64,000 bases of DNA, from positions 1,056,001-1,120,000 of the forward strand of contig CAWEJX010000020.1 of assembly GCA_963809485.1 (NCBI GenBank), read 5' to 3'. The notes under the pieces are model-generated. The model had not been told where the DNA came from. It searched no databases and saw only the letters and a program-made list of their open reading frames with translations. Position 1 is the stretch's first letter, and each line of letters opens with the position of its first letter. This DNA is from an uncultured Acidobacteriota bacterium. Lineage in GTDB: Bacteria > Acidobacteriota > UBA6911. Both the position numbers and the translations under genes were made by a program. Below, piece by piece: positions 57,903 to 64,000 of this stretch.

Positions 57903-60497
57903 ATGATCGGCCAGACCGTTTCGCATTACAAGATTCTGGAGAAGCTCGGCAGCGGCGGCATGGGTGAAGTGTTTCTTGCCGAGGACACATCGCTGCGCCG
58001 GAGAGTGGCGCTCAAGTTTCTTCCCCCGGATAAGCAGCAGAGCGAAACGGCTCACAACCGTTTCCTGCACGAAGCCAGATCCGCAGCGACCCTGGAGCAC
58101 GCCAACATCTGCACCATCCATGAAGTTGGCGCCATAGGGGACAAAGACTTCATCGTGATGGAATACGTGGACGGCCAGACGCTTCAGAAACGTCTGGCAG
58201 AATCGCCCTTGCCCGTAGCCGATGCGCTGCAGATTGCGCTCGAGGTCGCCGAAGCAATAGAGGAGGCTCACGATAAGGGCATAATCCACAGGGACCTGAA
58301 ACCGGCCAACATCATGCTGACACGCAAGGGACGGGCCAAGGTCATGGATTTCGGCCTGGCCAAGCATCTGATTTATCCGGACCAGGTCGACAGCAAGGCC
58401 GAGACGTTGACGATCACCAATTACGAGGACACCCCCGGCGGGACGTTGGCCTACATGTCTCCCGAACAGCTGCGCGGTGAATCCGTCGATTTCCGGTCGG
58501 ACATATTTTCACTGGGCGTCGTCTTCTACGAGATTTTGACACGGCTTCATCCTTTCCGGGCATCCACCGCAATCGTCACAAGCGACCGCATCCTGCATGA
58601 AGCGCCGGTTCCCGTGGGCAAGCTCAACCCGGAAGTCCCGGCGGATATCGAGCGTCTGATTCAAAGAATGCTGGCCAAGGATCCTGCAGAACGTCCCGCC
58701 GGCATGCGCGAAATAATCGACGGTCTGCGCGCCGCCCTCCCGCCGGCATACGCTGCCTGGCATGAGCCTGGAGGCGCGCTGCAGCTGTTGAGGCGCCGAT
58801 GGAAACTGATCCTTGCCGTTTGCGGAATCGGACTGCTTTTGCTGGCTGCAGGCTTCTTCGTGCTGCGCCCGACAGTCCGCAAAGATATCGCGGGCAGCGT
58901 GCCTGCCCGGATGCACCTGGCGGTCCTTCCTTTCACTGCCATTAACGCTACCGGGGAAGCCGCGGCGTTCAGCCGGGGATTGACGGAAACGCTGAATGCC
59001 AGGCTGACCCGGGTCACCGAGCGCCACTCTCTGCAGGTCGTTCCCGCAAGCGACATACGCGCCCAGGATATCCGCACTCCCGACCAGGCGCGGCGGGAAT
59101 TGGGCGTGAACCTTGTGCTGGAAGGGAGTTTTCAATGGGCCGGCGATATGCTGCGTGTAACTTACGTATTGCTGGACATGATCACTCACCGGCAGCTCCG
59201 GGCCGATACCATCACGGCCGCTGCCGCCGATCCGTTTGCTATTGAGGATATGGTGGTGGCCAGCGTGCTGAACAACCTCGACGTTGAGCTCCGGCCCGCG
59301 GAAAAAAACGCCCTGGCCGCGAGGGGGACACAGCAACCCTCCGCCTATGATTACTATTTGCGCGCCCGCGGCTACCTGCAGGAATACCAGAAACCTGAGA
59401 GCATCCGGAGCGCCATCGACGTGCTCCAGCGCGCCCTCGAGCTGGATCCCAAATACGGTCTGGCATACGCGGGACTGGGCGAAGCCCAATGGCTTCAGTA
59501 CAAGCAGACCAGGGACGCGAAATGGGTGGAGGAAGCGCTTGCTTCATGCAGGCGGGCGGTTGTCCTGGATGCCGACCTTGCGGGCGGACACAGCTGCCTG
59601 GGCACCGTATTCACCGGAACGGGGCAATATGAACAGTCGGTCCGCGAGTTTCAGCGCGCGGTAGCCCTGGACCCGACAAGCGACGATGCCCACCGCGGCC
59701 TGGCATCCGCCTACGAAAAGCTGGGCATGTTATCCGATGCGGAGCGAACATTCCGCCGGGCCATCGACCTGCGGCCGCAATACTGGGCAGGCTATAACTG
59801 GCTTGGGGCATTTTATGCCGGTCAGGGGCGATATGGCGAGGCCGGCCGGCAGTTCGTTCAGGTAACCAAACTGGCGCCGGACAGCTTTGTCGGCTTCGCC
59901 AACCTGGGCGGAATCTATCTTCTCGATGGACGCTATGCCGAGGCGACTTTAATGCTCGAGCGCTCGGTTGCCCTGAGACCCACAAGCCAGGCATATTCCA
60001 ATCTCGGCACGGCCTGTTTCTTCCAGAGAAAATTCGACGAGGCAGCCCGCGCTTACCAGGGAGCCACAGAACTGGATCCCAAGGAATGGCTGCTCTGGGG
60101 CAACCTGGGCGATGCGTATCACATGACTTCAGACAAGCGCGACCGGGCCGCCGAAGCCTATCGCCAGGGGCTGGCGCTTGGTGAACTCCAGTTGAAGGTC
60201 AATCCGCGCGATGTAACCTTGCTCGGCTATATGGCCTACTATCACGCCATGCTGGGCGAGAAAGAAAAGGCGCGTGAATGCTCCCGGCAGGCGCTTGCCC
60301 TTAATCCCGGCAACCCGGAGCTTCTTTTTAACCTCGGGCTCGCCTGCAGTCAGATGGGCGAGACAGTGCAAGCACTGGATTATCTGAAAAGGGCGCTGGC
60401 CGCAGGCTACTCCCGGCCGACTGTGCGGGATACGCCGTTGCTGGACGGGCTGCGCGCCAAAAGTGAATTTCAAAAGCTTTTGCGGCTGTTTCCTTAA
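57903..60497 (+). CDS. Ser/Thr protein kinase with TM segment, TolB-N-like domain and TPR repeats
   Basis: LGSGGMGEV, VALK, HRDLKPAN, DFGLAK, YMSPEQ; LAVLPF...LVLEGS; ~9 TPRs. Confidence 0.93.
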   Translation: MIGQTVSHYKILEKLGSGGMGEVFLAEDTSLRRRVALKFLPPDKQQSETAHNRFLHEARSAATLEHANICTIHEVGAIGDKDFIVMEYVDGQTLQKRLAESPLPVADALQIALEVAEAIEEAHDKGIIHRDLKPANIMLTRKGRAKVMDFGLAKHLIYPDQVDSKAETLTITNYEDTPGGTLAYMSPEQLRGESVDFRSDIFSLGVVFYEILTRLHPFRASTAIVTSDRILHEAPVPVGKLNPEVPADIERLIQRMLAKDPAERPAGMREIIDGLRAALPPAYAAWHEPGGALQLLRRRWKLILAVCGIGLLLLAAGFFVLRPTVRKDIAGSVPARMHLAVLPFTAINATGEAAAFSRGLTETLNARLTRVTERHSLQVVPASDIRAQDIRTPDQARRELGVNLVLEGSFQWAGDMLRVTYVLLDMITHRQLRADTITAAAADPFAIEDMVVASVLNNLDVELRPAEKNALAARGTQQPSAYDYYLRARGYLQEYQKPESIRSAIDVLQRALELDPKYGLAYAGLGEAQWLQYKQTRDAKWVEEALASCRRAVVLDADLAGGHSCLGTVFTGTGQYEQSVREFQRAVALDPTSDDAHRGLASAYEKLGMLSDAERTFRRAIDLRPQYWAGYNWLGAFYAGQGRYGEAGRQFVQVTKLAPDSFVGFANLGGIYLLDGRYAEATLMLERSVALRPTSQAYSNLGTACFFQRKFDEAARAYQGATELDPKEWLLWGNLGDAYHMTSDKRDRAAEAYRQGLALGELQLKVNPRDVTLLGYMAYYHAMLGEKEKARECSRQALALNPGNPELLFNLGLACSQMGETVQALDYLKRALAAGYSRPTVRDTPLLDGLRAKSEFQKLLRLFP

Positions 60498-60512
60498 ACC
60501 AGGGAGGCTCAA

Positions 60513-60821
60513 ATGGGAGGCTCAGTAAATAACGTTACAATTAGGGTGTTGAGGGGTGCTATCAGCGTCACTCCAGAAACCGTGAATTTATCGGCAAGCA
60601 ACGGGGATTATATAGTTTGGATTGCAGATCCTGATAGTCTGGATTTCCTCGTCTGTTTCGGCGACAAATCTCCCTTCAGGGGTTCACATTTTACAAATCG
60701 ACACCATAACTCCGGCCCGCCCCAGGTCGTCCCCGGCTTGGGCCATGACGTGGAGTTCTTCAAGTACAGCGTGGAGGTCGGAGAGCTCAAAGTGGATCCC
60801 GGCGTGATCATCAAAACGTAG
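60513..60821 (+). CDS. small all-beta hypothetical protein
   Basis: GGGAGG RBS, 15 bp after the kinase stop; ...IVW...F.VCF...SPF...KYSV...DPGVII. Confidence 0.7.
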   Translation: MGGSVNNVTIRVLRGAISVTPETVNLSASNGDYIVWIADPDSLDFLVCFGDKSPFRGSHFTNRHHNSGPPQVVPGLGHDVEFFKYSVEVGELKVDPGVIIKT

Positions 60822-60975
60822 CCAGATGGATCGGTTTTTCTACACCGCGGGAATCAGTTCGTCGATACAGGTCCCTGTTTGTCTGGCGCTGGCCGGATAG
60901 ATCGAGGCGAAATGACAGCCTCCGGCAGAGCCGGCGGATTGCGCCATAAACTTCACGCGCAGAAAATTCCCGCCA

Positions 60976-63903
60976 TCAGAAAGACGGCATCGGTGAGGCT
61001 ACGGCTCGTGCAACCGATTCGATCGCGATAGCGGCCACGGCGGCCCCATAATCGAGATCGATATTCGACATGTTATCGTTGATGTCGTGGTAGCCGACCC
61101 GATTGATGTCGTAGTTCTCCATGAAGAGCACCGCCGGTATCCCCGCATCGGAGAAAATCTGGCCGTCGGTGTTGAAAAGCGAACTGCGCATATCTCCCGG
61201 CAGGCGAATTTCGCCGCGCAACTGCGGGTAGCGCGCGATGTCCGGGATCGAAATGCCGTCTTTGCTGCGGCGGCCCGGTCCCCGATGGCGCCGCTCCGGC
61301 TTGTGGTTCCATTTCCGGGCGTGCGCATTCCATATCATGTTTGCCAGGTGTGCCTGATAAGCCAGCCAGACAGACTGCCGGCTCAGTCCCGGTGAGATCT
61401 GAAACTCGTCCCGGTCGCGCTCGCGGTTATGGGCAATCATGTCCAGGACATAGGCGCCCTCGATTTTGATTTTCGAGAAGTCATACGCCTTTTTGTCCGA
61501 AACATGCAGCCTGAGGCCGCGCTCGACCAGCGATTGAGCCAGGTGACGGGCGCCCATGCAGTCCGAAGGGAATTCCTCACCGGTAAGGTGGACGAGCCAG
61601 ACGTCGCAGTCGAGCTTGCCATCCCGGCTGAGCTTCAAAAAGATCGGCGCTGCCAGCATGAGAGCCGCCGTCGCGGAGTGGTTGTCATCGGCACCGGCCG
61701 CGGCCACTCGTGCCAACGTGCCGCCCCTTTCCTTGTAGTAGAAGTCCTCCATGTAGGCGGTGTCGTAGTGGTCGGCCATGATGACCGCGCGGCCGCGGTC
61801 CCTTCCGGGTATCACCACGAGCAGGTTCCGCTCCCGAAGCGTGCCGTTTTGATTGCCTAGCCATCCCTGCATCCAGGAATAATCAAAATCGGTGCGCCAG
61901 TGGAAGGGCAGTTCGCCCGCGAGGGCTCTGCCTCGCATCCCCTGCTTCTCGATCAACTTCCGGTAGTAAGCCAGTAACCAGTCCCCCAGGGCATCCAGGT
62001 CGCGCCCTTTGTGTTTGAGGATTTTTTGCGTTGCCGTGTCCGTCACACAGTCTGCGTTGTCCTTGTTGATGAAGCGGCCCGTGGCCAAACGGGCGATGGT
62101 CTTCCAGTATTCGACCTCGAAAGTGCGGGTTGCGGTATACCGATACGTGACCGGTTCCGGCAATGGATGCAAGGCAAGGTCGCTCCTGGGAGTAATGACC
62201 CGCTGCAGTGTATGACGCAACAAATAGCCGTAGGATGTTGGGCTGTTCCACCCTGCAACGTCATCGAGCCACTGCTCGAGAGTCTTGTCTTTATGGATAA
62301 CGACGATGTTCCGCGCGAAATCACGGGGCAAAGCCTTTTTGCCGAGAAAGTCCCAGACCGTCATCAGTTTGAATACATTGAGCGCGATCTGGTAGTCGCG
62401 GGTCCCGTAGGCCTTCTTATATCCCCGCACCGTTGCGATGAACTCGGGACGCCGCAGCAGTTCCGGCCATAGCTCGACCGGTTCTGACAAATCGGGCTTC
62501 TCGGCGTCATAGGCGGTCAGAAAGCCCAGAGGCGCGTCATCCAGAAGCTTTGCCCGGTGCGTTTCCGGATCGACAAAGGAAACGAGCGGCATGTGCCAGA
62601 AGACTTCGTATTTTCCGACCCGCATCGGCGGATAGTAGATCCGGTATCCGAAGCGGCCTCCTTCGCGGATCGCCTGCGCGGCAATGCGGAGCTCTTTGCG
62701 GCCGGCGCGCGGCCCATCCAGAAGGAACTTGTATTGGTCGGTCCAGATCTGGGAGTTGCGCGCCATCGGTTTGCCGTAGAGCCCGACAGCGTCCGGGGAG
62801 GTGCTGAAGAGCGCCTGTGAGAGGCGGACTTCGTCGCCCGCAAATGCCAGTTCGTCCTGGTATTGCTCGATCCGTTCCCATCGGTTAGTGCGCCGGTAAG
62901 TGTTCGGCAGCTTCTCTTCCGGCGTTTCCGGCTCCGGACTACCCGCTCCACGTTCGCTCAGCCAGCCTGACTGAAGGAGGCGCAATCCCCGTGGCGCTTC
63001 ATGGCGGGCACACACATTGAGCAGGGGGATCTGCATTGCCAGAGGGAATTGGGGCTGCATCTTCAGGTACGCGGGCACGCCCCAGAATATTAGGCTCCCT
63101 GGGAAAGGAAGCAGATGGAGCTTGCCCTCCAAATAAGCTCTGCGGACGTTCCGGGGCAGTGTGCCAAACGGACGGAAGGTTAGAAGATACTTGACGCCCC
63201 TAAGGGACTCCCTTTCGCCCAAAATGAAGGGCCCCGTCCAGGACGGCAAAGGGTCCTGCTGCCACAATCGGTTTATGCTAGGTCCGGAACCCGGCAGAAT
63301 TCGGAACCCGGTGCGGCGCAGATCGCCCAATTGTTCTGGTTTTTCTCCGTATGCAGCCTGCAGCAATCTTCGAATAAAGTCGACGGCATACTCGGAGCGT
63401 CTCTCCCGGCCCGGCGCATAGTAGAAGCTTTTCCAGAAAGCCCTCTCGGGTCCCTGTTCGCTGCTCCCATAGAACATCCAGCGGACGCGTCCCTTGTCAT
63501 CTTGTGCTTTCGACAGCGCCAGGGGCAATAGGGTCACATATCGTTCGTGCGGCATTGGGCCGGGCAGGTCAGCGAGCTCTTTCGGCCAATAGATGTTCCG
63601 TTCGAGACTGGCGCGGCTGATGCCTCGGGCCGGCTGTTTCCGGCCCAGGCGTTTCAGGGCCGGCAGGAGCTGGTTTGCGATAAGCTGAAGTCCGGGGCCA
63701 AGCTCGAAGGCCTGTTCGCGTTCATTGACCGTCCAGGTAAAGGGATCCTCCGGGATTCGCGGGGCAACGTGGTCTTTTCCATAGGGCCGCCACCCGATCC
63801 ACGGCGAGGGCATCATCTCGGAATATGCCGGCATCCGGAACCGGTTTCTCTTCCCATATCTGGGAACGTCCGTTAATAGCTTGTCCCAACCTTGCGTAGC
63901 CAT
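60976..63903 (-). CDS. large protein with C-terminal M28-family peptidase domain and uncharacterised N-terminal ~650 aa
   Basis: MADHYDTA, GADDNHSA, TGEEFP, VLDMI, NTDG, GYHD; start at ATG 63903 behind AAGGAG. Confidence 0.85.
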   Translation of the reverse strand: MATQGWDKLLTDVPRYGKRNRFRMPAYSEMMPSPWIGWRPYGKDHVAPRIPEDPFTWTVNEREQAFELGPGLQLIANQLLPALKRLGRKQPARGISRASLERNIYWPKELADLPGPMPHERYVTLLPLALSKAQDDKGRVRWMFYGSSEQGPERAFWKSFYYAPGRERRSEYAVDFIRRLLQAAYGEKPEQLGDLRRTGFRILPGSGPSINRLWQQDPLPSWTGPFILGERESLRGVKYLLTFRPFGTLPRNVRRAYLEGKLHLLPFPGSLIFWGVPAYLKMQPQFPLAMQIPLLNVCARHEAPRGLRLLQSGWLSERGAGSPEPETPEEKLPNTYRRTNRWERIEQYQDELAFAGDEVRLSQALFSTSPDAVGLYGKPMARNSQIWTDQYKFLLDGPRAGRKELRIAAQAIREGGRFGYRIYYPPMRVGKYEVFWHMPLVSFVDPETHRAKLLDDAPLGFLTAYDAEKPDLSEPVELWPELLRRPEFIATVRGYKKAYGTRDYQIALNVFKLMTVWDFLGKKALPRDFARNIVVIHKDKTLEQWLDDVAGWNSPTSYGYLLRHTLQRVITPRSDLALHPLPEPVTYRYTATRTFEVEYWKTIARLATGRFINKDNADCVTDTATQKILKHKGRDLDALGDWLLAYYRKLIEKQGMRGRALAGELPFHWRTDFDYSWMQGWLGNQNGTLRERNLLVVIPGRDRGRAVIMADHYDTAYMEDFYYKERGGTLARVAAAGADDNHSATAALMLAAPIFLKLSRDGKLDCDVWLVHLTGEEFPSDCMGARHLAQSLVERGLRLHVSDKKAYDFSKIKIEGAYVLDMIAHNRERDRDEFQISPGLSRQSVWLAYQAHLANMIWNAHARKWNHKPERRHRGPGRRSKDGISIPDIARYPQLRGEIRLPGDMRSSLFNTDGQIFSDAGIPAVLFMENYDINRVGYHDINDNMSNIDLDYGAAVAAIAIESVARAVASPMPSF

Positions 63904-63913
63904 GGGTCTCCTT

Positions 63914-64000
63914 TCAGGATAGCTCCTTCTGGTAGACGAGCTTGTCATCGCCGATTTTATAGAAGTTCCGTATCCGGGCCGCCAATTCATAGCCGGCGCG
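63914..64000 (-). CDS. 3' end of probable GNAT N-acetyltransferase (partial)
   Basis: Manual translation RAGYELAARIRNFYKIGDDKLVYQKELS*, typical of the C-terminus of RimI-like GNATs; stop 10 bp before the next ATG. Confidence 0.6.
   Translation of the reverse strand, partial: RAGYELAARIRNFYKIGDDKLVYQKELS

Overview
GC-rich (~58-60% by eye) bacterial chromosomal window. Its gene content (Hanks-type Ser/Thr kinases with PD40 or TPR domains, PEP-CTERM protein, RRM protein, several Deltaproteobacteria/Dehalococcoidia-like families) suggests an anaerobic Acidobacteriota-like organism; this is inference. It holds about 45 CDS: nadA, a type-2 ileS with a non-canonical GVHH motif, a cNMP-domain-AspA fusion with rnk, xylB/GH3/uxaC, an Hsp20-Hsp20-J-protein cassette, six metallopeptidase genes plus an OPT transporter, and a cupin/SnoaL/SDR/UroD-family cluster. 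I saw no rRNA, tRNA, CRISPR array or transposase. The most striking signal is non-coding. A ~210-240 bp non-autonomous IS200/IS605-type element occurs in 4 full or near-full copies plus fragments. Its guide/cleavage tetranucleotides fit the Y1-transposase pairing rule (CAAG/TGAC; TAAA/TRAT). Its cargo is a helically phased 4x(ACGCYGA) module that also occurs free in many other intergenic spacers. Two genes carry single-base deletions in short homopolymers, which may be assembly errors.
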